NCBI RefSeq assembly: GCF_000150275.1
Contig: NW_002060965.1
Span: forward strand, 620,001-684,000
Length of the DNA: 64,000 nt
Source: Trichoplax adhaerens
Lineage: Eukaryota; Animalia; Placozoa
Direction of reading: 5' to 3'
Shown here in pieces: positions 39,224-51,637 of the stretch. How positions within the stretch are numbered: the first letter of the stretch is position 1; each line of letters opens with the position of its first letter. Below the pieces are notes generated by a model, which saw nothing but the letters and a program-made list of their open reading frames with translations, searched no databases and was not told where the DNA came from. The translations under genes and the position numbers were made by a program.

Positions 39224-41843
39224 ATGTTGCGCCAAATCAAATTTCTACACTATGTTTTAAAGTCTTTCTTGTATAACTCGTTTAATTCGAGTTTAACACT
39301 AATTGAAACTGCCTTTCAACCGACCTTGTTTTGCTTTGATATCCTTATCCGAATTTTAGGCCCGGTAAAGTATTAACAGTAGCCTTGATAATGATGTAAA
39401 AGTAGAATATCAATCAGAACTGTAACCATAACTCATAGGAAGTGTTCAAATCTAAGGGTTCTTTTTATGAAATAGTCAAAAATGATCTACAATTTAGTTA
39501 ATACACACTTCATTGGTTGTCATAATTGTTTAAACTATCTTATGCAGTGATCAAGAGATCTTGTACCAAAGCTTGCATGGATTAAGCACAGAATCATGTT
39601 ATTACTTATAGGTTCAATGGTACATCTTGTAGGCTGCAGACATAAAATTTTAGAGTGCTTGTTGCTCATGGTATCAAATAGATTCAATATTAATGTTGTC
39701 GTGGGAACGCGAACTGTAATATACTCTACAATTGATGAGATTGCAATAACTAAGAAGTCTGTATAATATTAAATTAAAAATAATAATGAATGAAATGGAC
39801 GTATGTTGATAATTTGATGGAGTCTAAGAAATTTTTCATTTTCTTCAATGCTAGCTATTTGTAGTATTGGTGATAGGTCTGACAACAGTCGTGGTCGTTC
39901 TTTACTACCGACTCCTAGTTCCGAGAATTTTAACTTATGGCTTTATTCGATCATCATGTCATCTTTTGTATGCGCATTGGTTATTAGTCAATATCTGCCA
40001 TCAGTATTATCGAGCAGTTTGTACAGAACCTGGATATCCTGATGAGGTTATTGATATTATTGTATAGTAGAATCATATCTCTATACTGTATGTACATAGT
40101 AATAGCTAATATCGATAAAGATTAAATTCTAATGACGTTTTTACAAATACAATATTTGAAATTCTATTTTAACTAGTTATAGTACATTGCAATTTAGTTT
40201 TGATCATTCCTTTACTCGTAAGCTCAAATCGCACTCAATTCTGCTGTTTGAATGCTTATAAAGTCTTCACTCTCAATCTATATAAATTATGTTACTATCC
40301 ATTCATTTGTACAATTTTATAAGATTACGTAAAGAGTGCGAATTTTGTAACAGAAGAGGCTCAAAGGCATAAAATGTAATATACTCTACATTTCAGAATC
40401 CAGAAAATGCTATTGAAGCTTTACACTATCCAGTTTGCAAAGCCTGTAAGATATTATAGAATTATGTTCATATTTATTATTGCTACAGTCTGTATTTATA
40501 TAAGAAATTATGCTCTTATCAAGGTATCGTTGCTAAACCTCCAAGGACTCATCACTGTCGCATTTGTAGGAGGTAAGGAGAAAAAGAAATGGATACTCAA
40601 ATAATTACGACTTTAATATATACTCCAGATACAAATGAATTGTCTATAGTATTTAAATCATTTTTATCATAGGTGTATTATGAAGATGGATCATCACTGC
40701 CGTATCTTCAACTACGTTTTCTTATAAGGATATTGTACAATTTGTAGCAAAATTTGCTATTAAAGTAGAAGTATTAATTAATATAGTATACAACTTGGCC
40801 ATCATATTATATGCAACAATAACGTATTAATACGTGTATATACAAGTACACGAGTATTTGTCCTTAATAGTAATATCTGTAGCTTGGGTAAATAATTGTG
40901 TAGGTCGGAATAACCATCGCTATTTTATACTCTTCTGCGTATACATGTTTCTTGGCACGTTATACGTCTCTCTCTCTGGATATGATTTATTTCTTGATCA
41001 GTTATATCTCCAGGTATGTGATTTAATTTTGGCGGTGTATAATTTAAGATCGTATTACATGTTTCCTATAGGCGATTTTTAATCGTAATTTTTGTCTGAT
41101 ACGAAACACGAGGTTTTAGAGCTTGACTAAGAATGCATGTAATGCAAGCGTGCTATTACTGAGAGATATCCTGATCGTTGCATAAGCACACTGTTTATGT
41201 ACATGCAGCATCATTTTTAGTTGTGTTCTTCCTTTAATGAGTAGATTGTTTATAATTGTAAAAATTTTTTCATCAATCTTCAGCTTCAAGATCGTTCGAA
41301 ATTGAACTTGGCTTCCGAGTATGAAACGGATCAGTCTAGTGCGTTATTCTTAGGAATTCTTTGTGCAACAGTGGCTTTTATATTATTACTCTTTACTGGC
41401 TGGCATTGTTTTCTTATATCTACAAATCAAACGACGATAGAAACGTATGCCAATAAGAAAAAGAAAAAGTTATTGAAGAAAAAAGGAAAGGTCAGTCATA
41501 GCATAAAGATGAATTCTTAATTATTTTTAATCATGGCATCCAGTGACAAACTGATCGTTTCGATGGGAGTTTTTAGAATTTGTTAACGTACGCAATATTC
41601 ATTTTTAATATTAATTATTAATCATCATTATTTGTAATGAAAATGTTGCAATAGCGATTCCGTAATAAATATGACCGTGGCTTTGTAAGTAATTGGAGGT
41701 CAGTTCTTGGAATCTCAAGAAATGATAGTTTTGCCTTATTATTGTGGCCGAAAGCCTTACCGCCTATCCGAGACGACTACAGAACTGACTACAGCAATAA
41801 ACTTAATGGAAATTTTATAGTGGAAACTGTACGCTCTGTTTGA
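39224..41843 (+). CDS. ZDHHC16: DHHC palmitoyltransferase, ZDHHC16-like
   Basis: Exon 1 (39224-39364) LKSFLYNSF...ETAFQP...ILIRILGP matches the ZDHHC16 N-terminus. The DHHC-CRD reads CKAC...[37 protein letters not shown], followed by TTIE and NKYDRG...NW motifs. Stop at 41841-41843. Confidence 0.92.
40702..40882 (+). other. Probable U12-type (minor spliceosome) GT-AG intron inside the DHHC-P codon
   Basis: The 5' site is GTATCTTC (U12 consensus GTATCCTT). A branch site TCCTTAAT lies at 40861-40868, 12 nt before the AG, and there is no polypyrimidine tract. Confidence 0.75.
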
Positions 41844-43100
41844 TATGTTTAATAGCATATATATATATATATACTTATACCCGTATAATTTGTATATCCT
41901 AAAGAAACCGTATCACGCACGGAAGTAAAATAGGAGCCTATGCTATCGCATGAGCATAACGCTCATTTTTCTTCGATCCCATGATTCGATATTGATAGGA
42001 AATGTAACTCCATTGCTAACGACTAAATTTTAAGAATAAATATTTGATACCGAATCCAAATTGTTTGATATAACCTGCTGAAATTTTTATATTATATGGC
42101 TGTTGATAATGCTGGTGCTGTATGATAATTAATATGCCATTAAATTTGTCTTACATAGTGATATTACGCTGTATATTATGTAAATGTAATAAATTAAAAT
42201 AGTATAATGTTTATTAGCCCGATCAAAAACGTGTTTATATTGATATTTCGAGTACATCTTTAAGTAATACATGATTTGAGCTCTATTGTATGTTATAGTT
42301 GTTATATTGTATAGCATTATTACCTTTGAGTCTCTTCATTAATTACTGCTTTGATGCAATCAGCATGTTTTGCTTACAAGATTTATTTTGCCATTCATAA
42401 TATACGCGTACACGTACAGAACACGTATGATGCTTTATCAGAGTAATATGGGGCGTTGTTATAGTATGCGAGGTTGGTACCCGAACGATGGTTAAAAGAA
42501 GCGTCTATAGCAGTTGTTTGTACGTACAGTAAACAGGATACCAATTTTCTCACTATCAGGGCCAATGATACCCGTTTACTATACTAGGTTAGATATCAAA
42601 ACCTTTTCAATTTCGCTTTATCTTCGGTTATGATAATGACTGCGTATATCTTGCAAGAGTCATCAATCTTTAGAGTCCATGATTCATTAGTATTACAAGT
42701 GCTATCTATCATGCTAGCACCTTGTCATGAGTGATATCGCTATTGAAGATCATTAAGTGATTTTAGCCATTTATCGTTTTGAACTAATGTTCAATGGATA
42801 GTAAAAGGTGTACATGCAAAGAACTCACACAAAGAATATGTGATGGAAACCGCTACAGACGTATACAGTAATAGCATTTGATTGCAGTACAAATTTCTTA
42901 TTCAACTAGACACTATGAGTAGTTTCGTCCTCGTTGTAAAAACAAGATTGGGGAGTTTTGGTGGCAAGCTTTTTTGAACCTTTACCTTTTAAAACAAGTT
43001 GCTGATTTCATCATTGGCATGTAACCTTTCGAACAAGTTTGTTTACAGTGTTGCAGTCATATTTACTTTTCACTCTGATCCACAGGAATACTCTAGTCAG

Positions 43101-43668
43101 GCACTGTGGTAGTGACATTATTTTTGCATTCGCCTTATATAGGATCAATATAATAAATCATTATTATGGATGCCGCGTTACCGGAAATGATGTCATGGCA
43201 AAATTGCATAGTACGATACCATAGACTGTACACTGTACTGTACAGTACAGTAGTGAGTTGATCTGAGTTCAGCACTGTGATAGTGACATTATTTTTGCAT
43301 TCGCCTTACGGATCAATAAAATAAATCATTATTATAGATGCCGCACTACCGGAAATGATGTCATGGCAAAATTGCACAGTACGATGCCATTGACTGTACA
43401 TTACAATACTGTAGACTCTGCACTGTAGTGAGTTGATCTGAGTTCAGCACTGTGATAGTGACATTGTTTTTGCATTCGCCTTATGGATCAATATAGCAAA
43501 TCATTATTATGGATGCCGCGCTACCGAAAATGATGTCATGGCAAAATTGCACACTTAAAATGCACAGTACGATGCCATTGACTGTACACTGTACAGTGTA
43601 CAGTGCACAGTACAATGCTGTAGACTCTACACTGTAGTCTACAGTACAGTAGTGAGTTCATCTGAGTA
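43101..43668. repeat. Tandem array of 3 units (~171-220 bp): conserved ~125-bp partly palindromic core plus variable CTGTA/CAGTA-rich linker
   Basis: Units start GCACTGTG(G/A)TAGTGACATT at 43101, 43272 and 43447. Each ends with AGTGAGTT(G/C)ATCTGAG. Confidence 0.92.
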
Positions 43669-43688
43669 CTGTACAGTACTGTATACTG

Positions 43689-43897
43689 TAGTTAAGCCCA
43701 TTGGAAGAGATGCAATTTGAGGTCTGAAACTCTTGCTCACGCGACTGTACGGAGTACAAGCCTTACNNNNNNNNNNNNNNNNNNNNNNNNNNNNNNNNNN
43801 NNNNNNNNNNNNNNNNGGNGAAAGGCTTGTACTCNGTACAGTNGNGTGAGCAAGAGTTTCAGACCTCAAATTGCATCTCTTGCAATGGGCTTGACTA
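43689..43897. repeat. Long inverted repeat (76-bp arms) flanking an assembly N gap; foldback/MITE-like or hairpin
   Basis: 43689-43764 is the reverse complement of 43822-43897, with 2 mismatches (plus 3 N). The loop is a run of Ns at 43767-43816. Confidence 0.9.
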
Positions 43898-44380
43898 TCG
43901 TGTACAGTGTACAGTAGGCCATGGTACTGTAGAGTACAGAATAAAGTAAACATCAACCATTGCATCATCGCAGACGAGAAAATAAACCGTCAAGATTGCA
44001 AGAATCAACCTCTTTCTCTCTCTCTTTCGGTGCATAATAAGCCTTCTTGAAGTATTTTAGTTTAGTTAAGGTAAGTCAATGGTTTTGAATCAGTTGAATG
44101 AATGCCTTATTCATTTTTTGGCCTGCTGTTTGTATGCATTAATTATCAGTTAATAACGACTAGAATAACTATGAGTACACAGTCAATGCGTGAATATTAT
44201 TGGTCAATCAGACCTTTGTTCATTAATCAGGAAACAATAGGTAGCACGGCTATTGTATCACGAATTGTAGATTAAGAAAAAATAACGGAACCATTGCACA
44301 TTTTCTTTTGGTTATCGTCGCGGGGTAAGTCGTCGATTTACCAACGTGAGAGAGATTAGAAGAGTAACAGCGTGAAAAAA

Positions 44381-47300
44381 ATGAATCACAATTTCATCTG
44401 TGGCGTGATAGAAGGTGAGTAGATGATGATTGAGGATAAAGGATTGCTTGAATGTTTGGATTGAATTCAATACAAACGATTGGCATAGAAAGAAAAAAAT
44501 AGCTAGATAATGTAGTTGTAAAGAACGGAGTGAAAAGTTTGTATTGAGATGTAGATTTTTTTTCAAAATACATTGATTGTAATGTGTAGAATGACTGTAA
44601 GATACTAATTCAATCCAATTTTGGATTTTATGTTTATGTAACCATCAATCTGTCGTTGGCCGATCGATCGATTAGGATTTTATGGATTGCCATGGTCATT
44701 CACCGATCGTTTAGACCTTTTTGAAAGGTAAATAATTCAACATGGCGACGTATGTTGTATACCGTTGAGATATTGACAGTGTTGTTAGTCAAAAGAATCA
44801 TAACGCTCGACGATAGCCGTAATCGGATAAAATAACGTCCAATGCTTTATCGATAGCATTGTCTGGAAACGATTGGATAGTTATTTTATCCATAGAGAAG
44901 ATGGCATGCTTGCATTCTCCTTGGTTCATCGTCAAAATCGTTTCAAATTTGTCTGGAAAAAAATGTCCCATTAACGCGCTTTTTACTCTTGTCGTATCCA
45001 CTGCTTTATTAGTCATGTCATAAATAGTTCTAATTATGCCCTTTTGTTATGCCCAATTGTCATTGATGACGAAGTTATTTTCTATTGCAATACTCGATAG
45101 GATGTTTGCTTTCATTGATTGTTCATGTAGCCGAGTTGACATCACACTTGGACTGGACAGTATACTTGTACACTTTTATGTGTCAGTAATTTCATCAACA
45201 TTAATTTGCGTAGTATAATGAGTTTACAAATAAGTCTTTTTCATCCTTTTCGTCCATCTTATTATGATATCATTGTACTTGTGGCACTTAATCTACTGAT
45301 TTTGTTGATCTACTTCTATTCATTTCTACTATTTCAAATCAATTTTAGACTTAAAAAATGGGGACTTAATACCTACATTTACGGCCCCAAAGATGATTAC
45401 AAACATCGTTCAGCGTGGAGGGATTTGTATACTGAAACTGAAGCAGGTAAGATAGCCTTGAAAAAATATAAAAATAAAAATAGGCTGGCATACCAGCACT
45501 GTATTAAAGCTGTCATGACTTATTTTTACAAACGTAATTTTTTTTGAAAGCAAGAAATTGAATCGCAGTTCAGTCGCTTAAATCGTTTTTAATGTAGTAG
45601 ATCGGCAAATGTTGTTTTTTTCATAAAAATGGAAAAAGATCGCTCTAGACTAGCTAGCGATCCTTTGAACATTAATCCATGATTAGAGTATAATGTGATA
45701 TTAACGCATCCAACTCTCTTACCATACTGCACTGATTAGATTAGACATATTATTATTTATTCTACAGTACAGTACTGTACATGCACTGTACGAGTGAGCT
45801 ACTTCTAAATTGATACCGTCACCGATAAATAAAAGTTGATAATTTCCAACTTGACTACTATAGGTGAAAACTGATGCAGTAATAGTAATCACAAATTTTC
45901 GATCACTTTAGGCCTATTTGATCTGCATTTTAACCATACTTAACGTATACGCGTATTGTAGTTGACGTTGCTTATGGACTATTTTCAACTTATCTGTCTT
46001 CATTCCATTAGATTTATTTAGAGCGCTGATAAAAAATGCCATCGTAAACGATGTTATTTTCGTTTACGCAATTTCACCTGGAAATGATATCTGTTATTCA
46101 AACGCTAGCGATATTGCTGCATTAAAAGACAAACTTGATCAGGTTTGCCTCTTCTCGGTCGAGACGAGTACCGAAGCGCCTTAACTTTTGAATCGTTTTT
46201 CTTAATTGTTATTTTCTCGTAGAATAATGTTATTGTTAACACGTATTGTGTCTATTTTTTTTTTCAGGTTCGTAGCTTTGGCTGCGAAGCATTTGCCGTT
46301 TTTTTCGACGATATTTATTGTACTATGAGTAAGAAAGATAAGGGGAATTTTGCAAGTTTCGCTGATGCCCATGTTTATATAGCTAATTTAATTTACGAAC
46401 ATTTAAACAGACCGGCCGTATTTATGTTTTGCCCAACTGGTAATGAAAAGTTGATCATCTTTCTCATGACTAACATACATATTGTAGGATTTGCTAATAG
46501 TTATATCCCAAACCTGTATTAACAGCCATATCTGTGTCATTTCAGAGTATTGTGCTACTCGAGCTGTCCCGAGTGTAGAAAATTCTCCTTATTTAACAGT
46601 GATTGGCGACAAGCTCCATCCCGACGTTAAAGTATTATGGACAGGTAAAATAATGAGTTAATCTGATGAATGCCATTGTATTCGGACTACATTGTTCAAT
46701 TATGATGGGGGGTGCATTGCAATGCTCCCTTTACGTTATTACTAGTATTACTACGTGCTAGCTGTATGAATCCTAATCAATCACCTTTGGCAATCAATTA
46801 CAACGATCGAGAAAAATAATATAGCTTCTTCCTTTTGTTTTCAATGACGATTTATAGGACCAGACGTGATTTCACCGTTTATATCGGTCGATTCCATTCT
46901 CGCATTACAAGAAATTTTAAAGCGTAAACCGATAATATGGGATAATATTCATGCCAACGATTATGATCATTCCAGAATATTCTTAGGGCCGTATCAAGAT
47001 AGGCCTATTGAACTGGCTAAGGTCTTAAGTGGTGTTATTACAAATCCAAATTGCGAGTATAGAATGAATTATGTACCTATTCGAACATTTTCATTATGGT
47101 GTCAAAGTCAAGATAAAGATGATGTCCAATACAGTGCAGAAAGTGCTCTCACTTGTGCAGTTGAAGAGTGGGTTAAAGAATTTTCTGTTCCGTCTCAATT
47201 AAATATTGATCAAGAAAATATTGCTGTCACCATGAAAGATGGGATTGCTAAAAAGGACATGACAGTAACTACCGAGCATTTATTGCTTCTGATTGATATA

Positions 47301-48556
47301 TTTTATTTACCGCATAAATACGGTCGACATTCGATTCACTTGATTAACATGGCTCGTTGGTTACAAGTGAATAGCAATATGATCACTTCTACGAAGGAAA
47401 CCGACAAAGCTACTTCTCCTTCGGTAAAGGTAAATTATCTTGTACTGCCTGTATCCTGAGAAAATACCGTACTATGTTGTTTTGATGATAAAGTCTGCAC
47501 TCTAATATCGATCAAAAAAAGAGACAGGAGTAAGAGTGTGTTGATCCTATTTACTAGTTTGTTCAATCTTTTAAAATCGGTACAATATTTTAATCGGATA
47601 TAAACGTCATTAATTGATTGATTGTAATTCAATTTAAAACTGGGGAAGCTATTTGTTGGACGTAATTAGTTGTTGAATTCATAATCATTTTGGTTATAAA
47701 TTCAGTATATTCATTTTTCTTCTACTATAGCTTGCTTGATACTACTTACGCATTTTTACACAGCGATGGCCTGATAATCTATAGTATTAATATAAACAAC
47801 TAATTTGACTACAAATGCTTATTTGTGCTACTATTATAATTGTGTTGTTGTGGAACTTATTTGGAAGTATTGTTGTATGTGTTGAAGATCTCATTCACGG
47901 TGTACTTATTTTCTAGATGTGGTTTCAAGTATTTAACGAATTTAATAGCTTGTGCCAAGGCATTTTACTTCTATATGATTACCTAACAATGTGTCCTAAT
48001 CAAGCAATCTCTCGGGAATTAAATTCGTATATAATCAATTTAAAGAAGATTTTTCATATTCTATCCCTACATATCAACTCCCTTGGTGAGTAATGATGCT
48101 TATGTACTAGTATGTTATTTTTTCCTGATAGATAGACTGATAAGTTAACCTACTCTAACAAACATGTATTTGTATTTGTTGATGTGAAACTTTGTAATTG
48201 TATTTGGATTGGCTCCTCCTATAGGCACCGAAGCTACGAAGCATTCTTCTGATGCCGCTGATACTGTCGATTCCTCTGATGCTGTTGTTTATGGTGGTAT
48301 ATTAGGAGAAGTAGTCGTAAGTAAAAACTTATAAGCAGTTTCAGAATTAACACTGACTTTATATAGCATCACTTTACATACATTTCTAATGTTACTATTA
48401 CGAAATTATCCGTAGAAAATCATAAAAGAGGGAAGTGACGGTGATTTGAAAAGTTCCCAACAACAAGTAACAGCTTGTGCAATAGAAGTTTCTCTAAAGA
48501 ACAGCGATGCAAATATGGGTGCAGATATACCCACCAATGCCACTGTAATTGGATGA
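44381..48556 (+). CDS. OGA: O-GlcNAcase (GH84) paralogue 1, short form lacking the C-terminal pseudo-HAT domain
   Basis: Exons start at 44381 ([12 protein letters not shown]), 44676 (FYGLPWS), ~45349 ([17 protein letters not shown]), ~46012 (FVYAISPG), ~46268 (FAVFFDDI, catalytic DD; FCPT), ~46546 (EYC..LWTG) and ~46858 ([18 protein letters not shown]). Stalk exons are at ~47917 and ~48225, and the last exon is 48416-48556, ending TVIG*. Confidence 0.9.
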
Positions 48557-51500
48557 TTTTGAAGAAATAAATAGATTCGTAATGTATGAATATCTACATG
48601 ACATGATATATATGATAGGTGTTTACAGTTAGTAAAGATCTTCGAAACTCTACTATAATTATCTACAGCGCAGTTGTACTTAATTGCTCTATACGACACT
48701 GTAATATTTATGAGAGGTTATATTTTCTACGTTCGATTTTTTGTTTAAAACATTTTATAGGTGATTAATATAAGTTTTGCTAAGTTAGTATTATTAATAT
48801 ACACAGGACTCCGTTTACGAACTTATGATACCGTATGATACGATTAAATTGAACTCGAATTATTTATTACTGTTATTTACGTAGAATCCTTTGACGTAAT
48901 ATTGGAATTTTACGTAAGGCAAAACATGAAGTACTGTTAGCGATGACGATATCTGTATTGATTGTAAAAAACAAATACAACCCTGAGTACGGTATATTAG
49001 CTTAAATCCGAAAATAGGTCGAAGAACATTATAAAGGATAGTTAAGATTGTTTTACAATTCTATAATAAAAACTTTTCGATATAAACGATTGTTAACCTT
49101 GCTGTACTGTTTGTGTTGCTCACCAATTATTGCTGTGATGACAGTTCTCGAATTAAAATTGCATGAGGTAGGTTGATGTATACAGTTAGCAATCCTAAGA
49201 ATCATTAATAGTGATACCGGAGAAAATGGCTGTCAATGAAACGATTATGCATTTACAATACAGTCAACGGAAACTGCTAGTGTTGTCAAATGAGAAGCTG
49301 AAATGATTCAACGAATATATTGATGATACAGTGAGACGAGTGAAATGATACAATCCATCTCGATAGTCTTATTTAAAGGCTTGATAGTTTACTGTATATG
49401 TCGTATACTCGTATTACAATTACGTAAATTACGGTTTGAATGCAAACGATTTGGATTGGGTCTATAACCCCAATAGCGTTCATGAAAATTTTATATCGAA
49501 TGCAGTTTCTGATTATTTATTAGTCTGCAGATTGTGGTTGAATATATTCAGCATTCTAACCGTTCTACTGTATAGTACTCGCATAAGCGATGATCTCTGG
49601 TGATTCGATTTTTAACAAAACTAATCATTATGCTTTTGTCCGCTTCCATTCCCAGTATCAAGTACACCTACTACAACGCTAAGAATATTACACCTTTAAT
49701 ATACAGTATCCAATTTTGGTATTCAGTTAGACAAATTCAACATCAAATTTTGCCTAATCAAACAGGCTCATTTTCACCTTGGCTTAAAATCAATATACAC
49801 CTACTACAGGAACGGTATGGTTCTCCAACAGAAGTACTTGTGTGATTAAGAGCCATTTTATCGAAACAAATTATCAATAGTAAAGTGCGTAATTCTGAAC
49901 AGTTTAAGGTAGATAGTACAGAATAGAGGCACTTTTAGTTAAAGTTGACGGTGACGGACAGTAAAGCTTTAGGGCCTGGTTCAAATTGGTTACTCGTTAT
50001 TATAAGGCAAAATTATGAGGACAATTGATAATAAATAAAAAAATGGTTTTGTTCAATCTCGGACTATCCTTCCTATAGCTATAAAAAGTTACGTGATACC
50101 GGTCACAGGGATACATGCTCAAGATAACTCAACAGGACAAGAGTTCTGTATTTACTGTACTGTATTTTGACGTGCTGACAATGGATAATATAAATTGGCT
50201 TTCTTCCACCTCGGATCACATTCAAAAACTCAGCAGGGACTATTCAAAGCATTTAAAATATTGCACGCGCGTTTAGCTTCGCGTACATAGCGTATTTCTA
50301 TTAGTATCATCGTTCAGTTCTGCTACTGTATTGTCTCGTTTCCAATCTTTGATCATTGCCGTAGGTTGCTTTGACACGCTAAATGAGTAGAGATATCTTA
50401 TGATACGTCAAAAGCATCTTGCTGAACTGTAGTGCATCGTTTGGAATAGTGCCGCTAATAGTGTTCGCTGCAAAATCAGCAGAGATATCTTACAGTAGAA
50501 GCATCTTTCTGTACTTTAGTGAACTATAGTAGTAGTACTGTACATTAAATCAATGCTTTCAATCAACATAACAAGAAAACACTTTGCTAACGAGATGAAC
50601 AGTACAGTAAATTCAGTTCACTGAGGAAAATCAGCAATTTCTACGTATGTTAGTTACTGTAGTTTGCATAATACTGTAAATTAGTATAAGATAACTGATT
50701 GGTTGTGCTAGAATAATTAGAATCATTCAAGCGAAGAGAAGAAGAAAAGAGCTTTACCATAGAGAAGCAATGTGTTGACAACACGAAGTGACTGATTTGT
50801 ACTGTGCATAACGACACACTATGCTATCGATGTAGAAACACAGTAAAGTCAATTTGGTTAAGTGAGGGATATACAGTATAGCTGGTGCAGTAAGCCATTG
50901 ATGACAGTAGGTGTTTGTTTCAGTGAAAAAGCGTAGAATCGCCGATCCATGCGAGTGGTAGGCTAGTATTATTGCTTAAGCGAAGAGAAGGAGAATAGAA
51001 TAAAGCTTGACAACACAACAGAGAAGAAATGTGTCCGCCAGTAGAGGGCAGTAAAATAGAGTACAAGAGAGTGTAGACAAGCCAAGTAAAACGTACACTG
51101 AGTTGTACAATACTATAACAAGCATTTACCCTATCGGTAGTAGCTTAAAAAATAAACTAAAAGTCGTCCTAGGCAGTAAAATTCCCCAAAATAAATATTG
51201 GATTAGCTGAAATAAGCTGAAAACTGCTAACCAGACTACCCAATTCAAACTGGAATGTTGTAGACAATAGGCGTCTACTTGTCCACTCCCTCCGTCTCCA
51301 TGACAATGGAAAAGGATTGCTACTCATTCAATCCATCATGGTATAGTATACTGTATGGGACAGGTATTATCATGCCTATTGTATGTATCCCACTGTGAAA
51401 AGTTCTTCTTTACTATTATACGCTATCGTTCACCATATAGTACCGCCTAGAATAGTACCAGTACTATTGTACTCGGACTCAATACGCAACCGCATAACCA

Positions 51501-51637
51501 ATCCTTGGTGTTGCAAGCAGAAAGAGCAGAAAGGATCACGTCCATTTTTTCCTATTCTATTGCAATAAGTGAATTAACAACGGAATTAACTTATATTATC
51601 CAAGGAAAATTATCCCATTAGACCTACTCTTGCAGCG

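Noticed and set aside
43101-43668. CRISPR-like repeat/spacer array
   Set aside because: The repeats are about 125 bp, the linkers are low-complexity and related to each other, there are no cas genes, and the context is eukaryotic.
43639-43968. ORFs on both strands spanning the N gap
   Set aside because: They are artefacts of Ns and the inverted repeat, with no recognisable protein.
49940-50000. GGTTCAAAT resembling a tRNA T-loop/B-box
   Set aside because: No acceptor, D or anticodon stems could be built around it.
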